Counted from the stretch's first letter, positions 36,266 through 51,119 are shown. The stretch: DNA of 64,000 nucleotides from Amoebidium appalachense (GCA_963693365.1 CAVNZM010000015.1:744001-808000); one strand, 5' to 3'. Program-made: numbers and translations. The notes: a model not told the origin generated them from the letters alone.

Positions 36266-37955
36266 TCCTACCTGTCTCATCTCTCTTGCGCTTCACCGAT
36301 GAGCTCATGTTGCTGCGGATCATGGCACGGATAAGGCTGATGTCCTTCTTGGGCCCACTCTGCGTGCATACAGTGAGTACGTGCACACAGTGAGTACGTG
36401 CACACCGTGAGCATGCTCACACAGTGAGTACGTGCACACCACGAGCATAGTGCACATAGTGCGTATGTGTAGTGAGTACGGTGCATACAGTGAATATGGG
36501 TAGCGAGTACGGTGCACACAGTCACTAGGTGCGTGCACACAGTGAATACGTGCGCACAGTGATTATGTGCACACAGCGCACACAGTGAATATGTACACAC
36601 AGTGAGTATGTGCACACAGTGAGTGTGTGCACACAGTGAATACGTGCGCACAGTGAGTATGTGCCCACAATGGGTGCATGTACACAGTGGGTACGTGCAC
36701 ACAGCACCATTCATGCATATAGGGTTGAGTGTATGCACACAGTTGGCATTTGCACCTCAAGAGCACGTGCACACCCCACATTGATGGAATACATGCTCAG
36801 GTTCTGCACTCATACAGTGAGCACATGCACACTCTCAGGACAGGCACACAGTGAGTACATGCACACAGTGAATACATGAGGAACGTACGAAGGCTCCGAC
36901 AATGCATGGATTTGGAGGCATCGTAGCTAGGAAGGTCTGAGATAAGATTGAACATAATTCCCTCCCAACCCCCCCCATCCCCCCCCCCCCCCCCCCCCAA
37001 AAAAAAAAAAAAAAAAAAAAAAAACCAAAAAAAAAAAAAAAACCCAACAAATCTCTCGATAATCACCCCGTGGAAAACAAGGACGGAAGAAACAAGACCC
37101 CCCCCCCCCCCCCCCCCCCCCCCCCAAAAAAAAGGGGGGGGGCGGAATGAGTACCCTTCCCAACCACCATCACCACTACATATATATATGACACCTCAGA
37201 TCATAGTTCGTTTGCTGTTATTAATGTTAAGGAAGTTATCGTGGGGGGCAAAAAAAAAGATTATGATGATTTGGGGGGGGGGGGGGGGGGACCTTATTTG
37301 GGGGTGGGCATGGACAAAAATATGTGTGTGTGTGTGTGTGGGAGGAGGGGGGGGGGGGGGGGGGGGGGGAAGGGCAACCTGGAAGGGAGGGGAGGGGAGG
37401 GGGGCCCGGGGGGGGGGGGATGAATTACCATGTACTTTGCCTTGACCTTGGCGTAGACGTCGAGGTTGTCGGCAATGTGCTCGCTCAGTTTGTCGTCAAT
37501 GGTACTCAGCCACTTGCAGTAGCTGCATAAAATTTAAGTTAAAACACTTGAGCCACTTGCAGTAGCTGCATACATCTTAAAATTTAAACCATGAGCCACT
37601 TGCAGTAGCTGCATTTAATCTAAAATAAAAATCATAAGCCACTCGCTATAGCTGCATAAATTTAACTACTATATAAACTTTTATAATCAACACATTAGCT
37701 GGTTGGAGTTGCATCGTAAACTCTAAGACTACACCCCATCGGCCGATTCTCGTGTTTACACTTCAGGTGGAGCCAAGCAGGTGTTGCATGCAACAAGGAA
37801 AAAAAGAGGCAAGGGGGAGATGGAGGGGGGAGGGGGGGGGGGGGGGGGGGGGGGGGATGACCACGGGGCTGTAAGGTGGATGGGTTGCTCCCCGCATATT
37901 TATTTGATTCCGTGTATGCCCACACACCCTATACACCACACTCAACAACACACAG

Positions 37956-37999
<44 letters not shown>

Positions 38000-38208
38000 A
38001 GGCACACACGTCACTGCTAGGGAAAGGGGAGCAGGGAACTTGATAGAATGAGGCAGTAGGATCGGGATGAAGCGGGAAGGGAAGAAGGCGAAAAAGAGAA
38101 CAAGGGAAAGGGAGGAAGAGGAAAGCATTGAGATGGGAGGGGGTTGTGGTGGTGATGGTGTGTGTGTGTTGGGGGGGGAGGGGGGGGGGGAGAGAGAGAG
38201 AGAAAGAG

Positions 38209-38239
<31 letters not shown>

Positions 38240-40482
38240 TTGAGGGGGGGCTCATACTCGGCAAAGTCTTGGTTTATGGATTCACCACTGTGGCGGTTGT
38301 CCATGATAATGCCCAGCGTCTGTAAGAGGGGGGGGGGGGGGGGGGGGGGGTGAGAGTATGAAATTTGAAGATTTAAAATGGGAAAAAAACAGAAAAAACA
38401 CTGTCACAAACTATACGCACGAAAGCAGGTACGCACAGGTACCGACAATAAATGGGGTGTTTCACAAACACCAACATTGGCGAATCCCCATACATCCACA
38501 GACGAGAGGAGGTGTTCAAGCAGTGACATAAACTGAACTGCAAGGAAATTATATTATACCTCCAGCTTACACATTGAACAAATCGGTTATGGTCCTTTCG
38601 TTCTTACTGATGAATATATATATATATATATATATGGGGGGGGGGGGGGGGGGGGGGGGGGGGGAGTCCATACGTAGTCTGCGTCTGCAGGGTTCTCTCT
38701 GATCTGGTTGCTGTTGTAGATCTTCTCCCCAAGGTTGCCCTTGTAGCCTAAACATGAAATCACAAAATAAGAAATCATCACCGCGCGGGGGGGGGAGGGG
38801 GGGGGGGGTGGGGGGGGGGGGGGGGGGGGGGGGGAAGAAAGGGAGGGATCGAGTTCTGAATTAACAGATACCACAACAAAACTTAGCGGTGGACTAAGCA
38901 CACAACTAGCGCCCCTCCCCCCCTCCCCCCTATCAAAGTTTCGTTACACTAAGCACACACACCTTTTCTCTCAGGGATGCCAAAGTTATTAACACACCGC
39001 CCACCTACAACAAATAATTCTCCGAATTCCTGTCCCCCCTCCCCCCCCGCGCCTCCCCCCTATGAAAGCCACAACTGACACCCAATAGCCCTTCCCATGA
39101 GTCTTTTCTACAACTTCCGTCATCACGTATATTGTACCCCCCCACCTCCCCCCCCCCATTTTATTTTTCCCGCCCCCGCATGCCAGCCAGCACGCACCCA
39201 TGTCTGCGTAGTAGACGACAGCCCAGGGAGTCACGTGACTAAGGCCGAATGGCAGCAGTTCGTTGCGGTGGCGCATCTCCGGGCACGGGTTGTTGCGGAA
39301 GTCCTTGCCCACCTGGCAAATACGGAAACCAGAATCAAAAACACCGGAATACCTCGAATGTGCATATATACAACCACTGTGAACGCCAGGCCTCTCCGCG
39401 CCGGGGGGGGGGGGGGGGGGGGGAGGGAGAAGGAGAGGTGGGTGTTTATCCTTATAAGGGATTTCAGGAAAAGGGGGAGGGACCCGGTGGGTGGGTGGGT
39501 GGGTGGGGGTGGGGGCGGGCGGACGGAGGAGGAGGGGGAGGATGGCTTGAAATTCAAGGTGGACTTAGAGAGGGGGGTCGAAGTGCGGCACACAGATCCA
39601 AGCACCAAAACACAATTAAGAGCACGGATCATATAGAATGAATCATCTAGAATGATGTTATTACAAACACGATGACGTAACACACACAAGGACCATATAT
39701 GCAGGGGCCCGCGTGGGGTGAGGTGGGATGGGGTGAAATTTGAAAGGTGGTGGGTGCGAGGGGGTGACACTATGCAAGTGGGGAGGGGGGTCTATACTGT
39801 GAAATTGATGTCTGCGGGGTCGAAGTTGAGGTAGGCTGCGGGGTTTTTTCGGAACACCTCCATGCCCTCCTCCACCAACCCCTGAACAGTCGGCGCAACA
39901 TCCTCGTCTGGCGGGAGAAGGGGGGGGGGGGGGGGGGGGGGGAGGGGATCAGGAAACAAAGACGAGTGGAGAGAAACATAAGTTCAAAGAACACGGAGCA
40001 ATTACAGAGGGAGGAAAGGGGTAGAAAGTGGGGGACGGGGAATAGAGCAGGGTTGGAGGGGGAGGGAGCTCATGGAAGGAAACACAATAAAACAGGTTAA
40101 CATGGAAAAGATGAAATACGCAAGAAGGAAGAAGGGGATGATAGGGTGGGGTGGGGTTGGGTGTGTGTGTGTATGTGTGTGTGTGTGTGTGTGTGTGTTG
40201 GGCGAGGGGGGGGGGGGGGGGGGAGAGGAGGAGCAGAAAGGTCCATTGAACGGTTGGAACACAGCATGGCTACGATTCTAGGTTCAAGAAAACCTTTCGA
40301 GCTCAATCACTGCTGAAACCACAATTGAAATCGAGGGGTGTCTAACCCGCCCTCAGGCCAGGAAGGGGGTGGGGGGAAGGGGGGGGGGGGGGGGGGGGGG
40401 GGGGAGGGGTGGGCAGTGTGGTAAACATGGTTTACATTGTTTGTGTGCTAGGCTGCACGTTGGTTGGCTGGTTGGTGTTGCA

Positions 40483-40528
<46 letters not shown>

Positions 40529-41365
40529 CCACCACCACCACCACCACCACCCACCCCACAACGCACATACTGCGTCTCCTTTTTAGGTTCGTCTTACTGT
40601 GGGTATCCTCCCTGCGTTCTGACCACTGCACGTTTTCTACACTATATATGGGCTCGGAGTTCATCTCCTTTCCTCGCACTTCCCAAAACCTGTCGATGTG
40701 CGTGAAAAAAACTGAAGCATGAGTACAACAAGCACAGGCAGGAGGGAGAGGGTTAGGTGGGGGCAGGAGTGGGATGGGATGGGCGGTTTGGCGGGGGGGT
40801 GGGGAGGAGGAGAAAGAAACGCGGTGACAAAAAACAGCATCTCACCTGCTGCAGCCTCGACAGAAGCACGCACGGCTGTGGAGTGCAGGGCACGCACAGC
40901 GGGGAAGGTGGCCGCTGTGGTGAGGGATGTAAGAATATGCCGTAACGGTTTCTTCAACCTTCCTCCTGCAGTTTTTAGATGCTTGAGAAAAAAAACCTCG
41001 CTCATTTCCCGCTAACCCCTTCCCCTCTTGCGCCACTAGTTTCTTGTTTCCTTTTTAGGGGGAAAGAAGGGGGGTGGGGGGGTGGGGGGAGCGGGGGAGG
41101 GGCCAATACTAGAGCTGTGAAGTTTCGAACACGTAGAAGTTTCAAAGAGGTAGATGAGGTGGCGTGAAGCCACAAAAAGCAAAGAAACAGAAGAGGTGAA
41201 CACCAATTAACTCAAAAAGCACCTTGAACAAGAAGAAAGAGTGAAAGGCCACGAGCAGACAACGCAGACGTAACAGACAACATGGGAGGTGGACGGGTGG
41301 TGGGGTGGGATTGACATGTGCAAGTGTCCTTTGCATATTTGCAGTCTTCTTCGTGTGCGAAAGGA

Positions 41366-41400
<35 letters not shown>

Positions 41401-41441
41401 TTACAGAGGCCCGAGAGGCGAGCAGCGCTGCGTGCGAGCAT
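32372..41441 (-). CDS. Paralogue A: 12-exon gene, ~339 aa; putative mitochondrion-targeted gp2.5/NCLDV-type OB-fold ssDNA-binding protein
   Basis: GT-AG exons 41441-41405, 40914-40846, 39907-39798, 39312-39198, 38747-38674, 38319-38258, 37522-37429, 36359-36272, 35056-34956, 34361-34242, 33365-33253, 32408-32372 join in phase to 1020 nt; same exons conserved in paralogues B and C. Gene model strong, function inferred. Confidence 0.85.
35379..35898. mobile_element. piggyBac-type MITE (520 bp) in an intron of paralogue A
   Basis: TTAA-CCTCTTGAGGACCG ... CGGTCCTCAACAGG-TTAA; not seen in the equivalent intron of paralogue B. Confidence 0.85.
36365..36880. repeat. 17-bp intronic minisatellite (CACAGTGAGTACGTGCA), degenerate
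   Basis: Tandem copies abutting the exon 8 acceptor of paralogue A. Confidence 0.85.
37507..37660. repeat. ~41-43-bp tandem repeat containing the exon 7 splice acceptor (paralogue A, 4 copies)
   Basis: AGCCACTTGCAGTAGCTGCATA... repeated. Confidence 0.85.
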
Positions 41442-41519
41442 TTTTCCAACTCGACGAAGAGAAAGGTGAAGGATAACAATTGACACCCTGTGTGTTTTTT
41501 GTTTTTTTTTCTAGAGTTA

Positions 41520-41875
41520 CGGGGACGTCACGCGCGCTGGAGAGACGGAAACCAATCAGTTGCTCTGCTTTTGGCGGGCTAGATTCCGATTGGTGATTGC
41601 TCTTCGTCTCTGAACTCAATGACCTTAAAGTGCACTTCATATTTCTATAATACAAATAAAGACGCCTTCAATTAGTTTTTATTTATGCTATTGATTTTTT
41701 TTGCTGATTTTGTTTCCCTTCTAACACTAAAGTGTAAAGTATAAACGTACAGTACTGCGTGGCAACTCCCAACAACATGCTAAGCGAGCCAAGTCTTGGA
41801 CAAACCCAAAAACCGTTAGACAACAGGTGTTTCTATTGGCTCCCATGAACCGCCAAAATTCGCCTGACCAATCAC
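41520..41875 (-). promoter_or_regulatory. Putative promoter of paralogue A with E2F-like and CCAAT motifs
   Basis: TTTTGGCGGG at ~41569, CCGCCAAAA at ~41850, CCAAT/ATTGG at ~41552, 41589, 41836 and 41868. Confidence 0.35.
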
Positions 41876-42268
41876 GATCAGAATAGTTGTGAGCCGTGGC
41901 TCACGAGTGTTCTGCGTGTGCGTAAGTACTTGTGTGTACGTGTGTGTTGTGTGTGCGTGCGTGTGCGTGTGCGTGTGTGCGTGAGTGTGTGCGTGTGTGC
42001 ACCCACCTGTGGTCTGTCCTTTCAGTCACCTGCCTGACTAATTCGCCTCCCCGAATATCTCTCTCCTCCCTCTCTTCTCAGATATGATCTCTATAGATCT
42101 CTCTCCCTCTGTGTTTTTCACTCACTTTCTCAGGCTGCCTCTCTCGAGCCCTCTCCCTCTCCCTCCCTCTCTCCCTTTCTCCCCACCTCTCCCTCTCTAT
42201 CCCGGGCCCCTCTCTCTTCCTGCCTCCCCCCCCCCCCCCCCCCCCCTCTCGTTTTCCCTCTCTCTCAT

Positions 42269-42325
<57 letters not shown>

Positions 42326-44989
42326 GTCTGTCTCTCTCCTTCTCTCTCTCTCTCTCTCTCCCCTCCCCCCCCCCCCCCCCCCCCCCCCGCCCCCCCCCTC
42401 TCTCCCGGGCCCTCCCTCCGGGACTCACTCTGTGAACTGTTTTCACGCTCTCGGTTCCAGCAACACCATTGCAGGGAAAAAGTACAACACCATGGGATTA
42501 TCATCAAAAATCATAATTTTCACGCGCACACACGTACACTTAAGGTTTTGCCCGCTGGTGTCCTTTGTCACTTGTCGCTTTATTTTTATTTCGTAGCTTT
42601 GGCTTTTTCAGTTCTATTGGTGGTTATGTAGCCTGTGGCTGCACGTTGCCTTCATCAACGGATCAATAAAACCGAGTCAAAAGAAAAACATTTTCACGGA
42701 TTTTCTCCCGTAGAGGCTCAAGGGAAACACAGTCTGCACTAACACCAACACCAGTATTTTTAACATTTCAACTTTGAAGTATTGACATATCATGTTAATG
42801 CCGCAGTCAGAAAGAAAAAGTGCTCTGACTGCGTATTTTCTATCTGGACCGCCCTAGAGAGTGACCAAGCTTGATTGAACCTGGGACGACTGTAAATAAT
42901 TTAGGGGGAGTATATGTTCTCGAAAGTGTACTTATTTGCCTTCGGTGGAACTACAAACCCTCTAGGTCACAACTAATTCATAGATACGTAGAGCAAGAAC
43001 AGGAGATATTTTCTCCGCATCCAAACATGATGTACGTACAGTCTATCTACCAAGCCACAATCGGGTTATGGCTGTCACACACTAGGCTTATTTTTTTTAG
43101 CCAGCACCATCACACCTGTAAATCCCTAACCCCTTTTACATTCACATTTTTTATTTTAATTCATATCATATAATATCACGATGCAAACCATGGCGCCTAG
43201 TGTAGTCGACTTTGTCGGACTGTGTTTCGGATATTGCGCGATGCTCCGAGCCTGCAACAATTATGAAGGACTGCTTTGTATATGTGTGAGGGTTATGGGA
43301 TCAACCACGTGCACATACCTCTCACTGTGATCTTTGTGTTAAGATCATCATTTATTTGTGTTCGTGCAAAGTTTTTGTTTGTGATAGCCTGGCAGGCAGC
43401 ACAGCTGTTCGTATCGCGAGGCAAATGTGTGCACTGTGTGAATGTTGAGGTTAGGCCTGTGACTAAACCTCAACAGTCGTGGAGCTGTGCACTTAGTTTG
43501 CAGTCTGTCTCCTTTACGCATTGCTCCTTGTGTGAGGGGCAGTTTTTGTATGCCATAACATGCAGCATGCATAGTGGAGTATGGTTTCACTCCGTACCCA
43601 TTCTCCCATGTGTAACTTAAAAGTTTTGGGTAGGTGTGTTTCAATTTTGTTTAAGATAAATAAATATACATAGATAATTTATAGTGTAGGCCTAGGTGTG
43701 AGCTCGGTTTGTGTTCTGTTGACGTCAAGGTGTTGTGAGTGCATGCAAGGGGGAGCCTCGTGGTGATAGTGTTGAGCATAGCATTAGCTATACACAAGTT
43801 TGAGCATAGCATTAGCTATACGCAAGTTTGCACTACGGCTTGCATGTGGGAGGGAGTGTCTCCGTTTTCAAGTTGTGCACCTTTTTATTTTTCCCCTTTT
43901 CTGTTTTCTTTCCCTCTTTGTTGGTGCTTGTCTGTAGCTCTTGCTTTTTCAGTGACCGTTCTTTTCAAAGTTATCGGCATCTGAGAGCTGTGTGCGTGTG
44001 TTCTGTCCAATGCATTGTCTGTGGTTATTGCCATATTGCATCCCCTTTGTTTTCATGCACTGTGTCAAGGAGAGCAAATATGTAGCTCAACTTGTGTGTG
44101 CGCGTTATTTGAGCGCTTTGTAATTTTTACCCCAGAGTTTAGACTTGGTAATATATACCAGGTGGAGACTTACAGTTTTGTTTCTGTGAACCGTGGCTAC
44201 TTTGTAGTGAGAGCCGTGCGGAAGTGGTGATTGTGGCCAGTGGTATTAGGGAAGGGTAGTATACGTAGCTGTATGGCATATATATTACCCTGGGACATTT
44301 AGTGCCGCGAACGGGGCATGTCCCTGGTAGAAGGTCGAGTATTTTCCTGCGGGAAACGCCCCAGACGACGGACGGCGGGGCTCGGCGTCCGCGATTGGCC
44401 CGGTCCGCCGGACCAGGGTACCCAGGGCTCGGAAATCCACGGCCCGCCTGGCGGCCACGGGGCCCACCAGGTAGCCGCACTCGTGCGGGGGGGTGGGGGG
44501 GGAGCCGGGGTAGACGGGGTTGGGGGCGGGGGGGCACGCCGGCAAAGCGCGTTGGGCGCCCGCGCGTGACCCTCCGCCAACCCCCGCGTGCCCTGGTCAC
44601 GGCCGGCTCGCGCCGCCCCCCTCCCCCTGCCTTCCCCACCCTCCCCCCACACCCAGGCCGGAGGAGGGTCGAGTTGCCGGCCCCCGTTCCCCACAGACGG
44701 GCGCGTTAGCCTCACTGTTTCCCCCCCTCTACATGTACGTGTCGGCACTCGTGGGAGCTAGGGGGGGTTTCGCCGGCCGGGAGCTAGGTGGGTGTTTCGG
44801 CCGGCGGTGCTTCGAACACACACACACGCTACAAGCACTCACTCACCCCTCACTCACACACACGCACACGATATTCGGCCGGCGGTGCTTCGAACACACA
44901 CACACACACAAGCACTCACACACACACACACACACACACGACACGCGCACACATGAACACACTCTGTGTGGCTGACACGCGCACACATG

Positions 44990-45250
44990 AACACACTCAC
45001 CTAGCACAGCAACACACTACAAGCACACTCCCTGCAACACACGAGCAAAAGCAAAACACTACAAGCACACTCCCTGCAACACACAAGCAAAACTGCGCGA
45101 ACACACTCACCTAGCCACACAGAGTAACACACTACTAGCCACACAGAGCAACACACTACAAGCACACTCCCTGCAACACACAAGCAAAAGCAAAACGCTA
45201 CAAGCACACTCCCTGCAACACACAAGCAAAAGCAAAAACATCCTGCAACA
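44990..45250. repeat. ~42-bp tandem repeat (ACACTACAAGCACACTCCCTGCAACACACAAGCAAAAGCAAA)
   Basis: Four to five imperfect copies. Confidence 0.8.
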
Positions 45251-45337
45251 CACACGCACACACGCGCGCGCACCCACCCACCCACACACACACACACACA
45301 ACAAGGCCCACCCATGCACTCAGACGTCGTGTGCATG

Positions 45338-45368
<31 letters not shown>

Positions 45369-45871
45369 TGTGACCTGTTAGCTACCGTGGTAGAACCGGA
45401 AGTCAGTGCCATTGGGCGGTTTTATTCTCTTCTCTGCATGCCTCTCTCCCTCAGTATATCCGCCACAAAATCTAATCTCTCTAAATAAAAATAAGAAAAA
45501 CAAAATCTAAAAACTATCAACAAAGGAAAAAAAAAAAAAAAAAAAAAAAAAGAAAAAGAAAAAGAAATTAAAAAAGGAAAAAGAAGTTCTAAGCCTTCAA
45601 TGCTGCAGGGGTTACCGTAATTTCCACGAGCGTTCATTGCCCTAACGATCATAAGAGCTGTATACTATTATACTAGACAAAATACCGCACCACAATCCTT
45701 TTATCGGATGTGCATAATGCTGCAAACTGTTCCTACTATATATATCTCTTGTCATCAATAATACACTCGGCAATGTCCAGGGTTCATTCACTCCAAATCT
45801 CATGCTGGGGCAAAATCGGGTAATCGGCAAATCTCTGAGATTCCGATTGCCAATAAAAGGTGTTGGTGTGC

Positions 45872-46477
45872 TCAGGCCCTAAACTGGTAGCCGCCTTGGA
45901 ATGTCGTGCTGAGGGTGTGTGGAATTTTAAGTGCATGTGTTAGTTTAAGTGCATGCAAGATACCCATGGTCGGACACGTGAGGTAGAAAAGCCCATAAGA
46001 CTGCTGCACATGCGTCAAAATCATACTTAACTAAGTCAGTCTGTAAGTGTATACCGTATGTTCATAGCTCAGGCTGGCGCCACAAAGTTATGAAGTAAAT
46101 TCTATTAAGTGCTGGATGCAAATGACAATGTACAAACACAAAACTGTCAGCCCAATGTGTATATAGGTGTTTGAGTAGCTACGAGTACATATACATGTTC
46201 TGTCAAAGCTGCGTGTGAGCGGGTGTGTGTGTGTCCAGGTGAGCAAACGATAAGAGAATCTAAGATTTGGGCTTTAGCGGAGCAGGGCAATAAAACAAAA
46301 AAAAGAAATACATCAAGGATTTCAGCACTAAATATCGTCATTCTATGCCTCTAACACGGGATCGAGAGATATGGGTGAGTGGGGGGAAGGGGGGGGATTG
46401 GATACAAACAGTAATTCAAACAGAATTGACATGGGGCAAGTGAGAATTGAGAAAGAGGGCCGTTCAATAGAGGGAAG

Positions 46478-46572
<95 letters not shown>

Positions 46573-46778
46573 GTTTGGGGGGGGGGGGGGGGGGGGGGGG
46601 GAGGGGGGGGGGTGATGAAATAAGATTGTGTTATGGAGTACAAAGTACACGTTCATGACGGACAACACAACGGAGAGAGCATCACGGCAAAGCACACATA
46701 AAGAGTATGCATAATAAGCAGAGTCATCTTCAGCGGGGCCCAAGTCATCCGGGAGGCGGCGAGCGGGTGGGGCGGGGG

Positions 46779-46821
<43 letters not shown>

Positions 46822-46957
46822 TGGCGAGTTTTTATTGCACATGTGTCAACTTAGAAAACATGGGGTGGGGGGTGGGGGGTGGGGTGGGAGGGGGGTCGAC
46901 GGGAGTGGAAGGCAGAGAAGGGGGAGGGGTCAGGATGATGAGGTGGGCATTGTGTGC

Positions 46958-47016
<59 letters not shown>

Positions 47017-47112
47017 TGCGCGCGTGAGTGTGTCTGTGTGTGTGCGTGTGCGTGTTAAACGGGGGAGTGGGGATGGGAATGGGAAGAGGACAAGATAATC
47101 AAGTGGACATCG

Positions 47113-47196
<84 letters not shown>

Positions 47197-47263
47197 CACG
47201 CAAGCACGCACACCCGTGTGGGCGCATGCACACATGTGTAAGGGGAGCGCTGGGTGGGTGGGT

Positions 47264-47295
<32 letters not shown>

Positions 47296-48242
47296 ATACA
47301 ACATGGAAGGGTGGCGGGAGGAGGAGATGGTGGTCGTGGTGGGGGGGGGGGGGGGGGGGGGGGGGTTAGAAGACAAACTGCGCATAGGGCTGATAGATGC
47401 TTCTGTTTTTTTGCTCGGAATCGGCAAGAATGGTGATGGACCCAATCTTGCGCTTCATGCCGTAGAAGTGCTCAAACATGTTGGGGTGCAGCTGTGTGTG
47501 TGTGTGTGTGTGTGGGTGTGTGGGTGTGTGTGTGTGTGTGTGTGTTAGCGTGTGTGCACGTGTGCGTTCGTGTGTGTGTGTTCTGTGTGTGTATGTTCGT
47601 GTGGGTGTGTGTGTTGTGTGTGTTTGTGTGTGTGTGTGTGTGTGTGTTTGTGTGGGCGCGCGCCCGTGAGGGTGTTCATGTGTGCGTGTGTTTGTGCGTG
47701 TTTGATTGTGGGTAGGGTGAGTTAATGGATAAGTGTATTCCTTTTTGAGTGGACGTAGTGTGCTCAACTGTGTTGACCCATGTGTGTGTAAATGGGATAT
47801 ACAGGGTAAACTCGATGTTAGCATCTCATTTTCTAGCTAATTTTGTTGGACATTTTCTTTGTATCTTCACCGTTCCATGAACACAGGTCTGTATCTTACC
47901 CGTTCCATGAACACAGGTCTGCAACTTCAGATTCTCCCTTCAACCTATCCCAAAGTCTTTTGCAATTTTCAACAAGAGCATAACACCTGCTTTATAAAAC
48001 ATCGTTTACACACGGTTGAAGAAGTTTTTATGAGAGAAAACAGAGAAAGCAGAACAGCAGAAGAATAAAAAACACACACAAAAAAAAATGAGAGTGGGAG
48101 CATGAGGTAGATGGGGATGGTTTACGTTTAGAACGGCAGACACGATGTTGCGAGATCTGACCGGATTCTCGATCAGAGGAATCTCATTCTGGTGGGCGTC
48201 AAAAATGGGAACCTTTCGGCGGACAAGTCCCTCTGCAGCGTA

Positions 48243-48322
<80 letters not shown>

Positions 48323-48341
48323 TGTGTGTGTATGAGGGGGG

Positions 48342-48397
<56 letters not shown>

Positions 48398-48419
48398 CAG
48401 AGAGAGAGAGGGAGGGAGG

Positions 48420-48464
<45 letters not shown>

Positions 48465-48548
48465 TGTGTGTGTGTGTGTGTGTGTTTTGGGAGAGGGGGG
48501 GGGGGGGGGAGGGGAGGGAGGGACACGGGGTGAGAGGGGAGGGAGGGT

Positions 48549-48583
<35 letters not shown>

Positions 48584-49488
48584 GGTAGTGCGTCCGCGTA
48601 TGTGCGCGAGCATAAGTCAATGGCCGGCCAAGTATATGTATATGTGCTTGCATGCAAAACGTTGTTTGGGATGGGCGGGATCATGTTTGCATGTGACTGA
48701 AGTTGTTGGTGTATGTTACGTGTGTGTAGACTAAATCCCTCCCCGCATCCGCACCCATGTTTTGCATAATGCACGCGCGTGTTTCTGTGTCTATGTATGT
48801 GTGTGTCGTAAGAATGTATGAGTTTGAGCATTCTGTTTTTTCGTAGAGGGTGGGGGAAGGAAAAGAGTTCGAGGGAAGAGAGGGTGGCTGGAGCAGGTGG
48901 GAATAGCCCAAGACGATCGGAAGCTCGGAAGCAAAAGACTCTCAAAGAGCACATTCCACCACATATGATCAGAGCCTCACACTAGCATGTCCAAATATGG
49001 AGAAGAAATTAGAGCCTCACACTAGCATGTCCAAATATGGAGAAGAAATTAATCCGTAACTGATGTATGTTTGTCATTGTGTGTATTTGATGGTTTTGAG
49101 AAGGCACACGTATGTGAGCACATGGTGTACCTGCAGCCATAAATGTCACGTGACCCGTCTATTTTTACCTTCTGGTCCCATTCGCAGTCGAACTGGGTGA
49201 CCTCCTTCTTTGCGCGGAAGAACATGCGCTGCCCGGCCATCACATAGTCCGTACCCTCAACATCGTTGCCTGATTTGGTAACCGGTTTAGCCTTATAACG
49301 GTAATTGCTGCTCATAGCAATTGCAAATACATGGAAGTTACGGAAAGGAGAGAGATCAAGCCAGAGAACCGGAGGAGAGGTGGGAGGGGGGGAAGACATG
49401 ATGCGGAACATGGTACGAAGTACAACTACACGATGTGTGCAGGGCATATGCAAAGGCCAACATTCAAGGGGGGGGGGGGGGGGGGGGG

Positions 49489-49561
<73 letters not shown>

Positions 49562-49651
49562 GTAAGGTGGCGGTGGCGTGCGTGTGTGCGTGGGTTGGGG
49601 GGAAGGGGGGGGGGGGGGGGGGGGGGTGTGTGTGTGTGTGTGTGTGTGTTT

Positions 49652-49698
<47 letters not shown>

Positions 49699-51119
49699 TC
49701 CCACCTGTCTCATCTCTCTTGCGCCTCACCGATGAGCTCATGCTGCTGCAGATCATGGCACGGATAAGGCTGATGTCCTTCTTGGGCCCACTCTGCGTGC
49801 ATACAGTGAGTACGTGCACACAGTGAGTACGTGCACACAGTGAGTACGTGCACACAGTGAGTACATGCACACAGTGGGTACGTGCACACAGCGAGTACGT
49901 GCACACAGTGAGTACCTGCACACAGTGGGTACGTGCACACAGTGAGTACGTGCACACAGTGAGTACAGCTTCCGTCAGCTGTAGGCCTCGGTTTCAGGAC
50001 GGCAACGTGCACACAAAGAATACGTGCACACAGTGACTACGTGCACATAGTGGTTACGTGCACACAGTAAGTGCACACAGTGGGCACGTGCACACAGTGG
50101 ACGTGCACACAGTGGGCACGTGCACACAGTGGGCACGTGCACACAGTGGGTACGTGCACGCAGTGGGTACGTGCACACAGTGGGTACGTGCACACAGTGA
50201 GTACGTGCACACAGTGGGTACTTGAACACAGTCAGTACGTGCACACAGCGAGTGCATTCACACAGCGAGTCACTGTGAGTACGCGCACACGGTGGGTGCA
50301 TGCACAAAGTTGTGAGTACGTGCACACAGTTCGTGCATGCACGCATTGGGTACGTGCACACAACGGGTACGTGCACTTCACACAGCGAGTACGTGCACAC
50401 AGTGGGTACGTGCACACAGTGAGTTCATGTGCGCAGTGAGTAGATGCACACAGCTGGTACATGTATATCATGGGCACGTGCACATAGGCAATTACATGCA
50501 CACAACGAGTGCGTGCACACTGAGTAGATGCACACATTGAGTACGTGCACACAGTGACCAAATGCATGGAGAGAACATGCACACCGCAAGTGCACAGACA
50601 CAGTGCAGTTTATGCATAACGTGAGTGTGAGCGCAATGATGAATGTATAAGATCTTCAAAAGGCAGGGCTGTGTAAGGAAAGCAAAAGGGTAGGAAGAAG
50701 GCCTGGGATGCACGCACCGGGGACCCCCCCCCCCCCCCCCCCCTTTCCCCCCCCCCTCCAAATCCCGGTGGAAAACAAAGGAAAAGAGTAATCGGGAGCT
50801 TATCCATCCAACCCCCACCCAACCAAACACACGTGTGCGCACACACACTTCCGTACAAGAGCACAATAAATGTTACTCTCCCCACTACCTTCCGAAAAGT
50901 TTCAAATTGAGGGAGAGGTGCAACTGATGTCAGAATGATAAAACGTAGGAGACATTACATGTGGTATGTGAGGGATTATGTGTGGTATATGAAATAGGGA
51001 TGCGGGTAGAGATGCAGGTGGTATATGAAATAGGGATGCGGGTAGAGATGCAGGTGGTGGTGTTTGGGGCGCGGGGGGAGGGGGGGGGGGGGGGAGGGGG
51101 AGAAGGTAATGGCACTCGT

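Noticed and set aside
36888-36935. Extra in-frame mini-exon (TFLATMPPNPCIVGAF) in paralogue A
   Set aside because: Absent from B and C; flanking exons already join in phase
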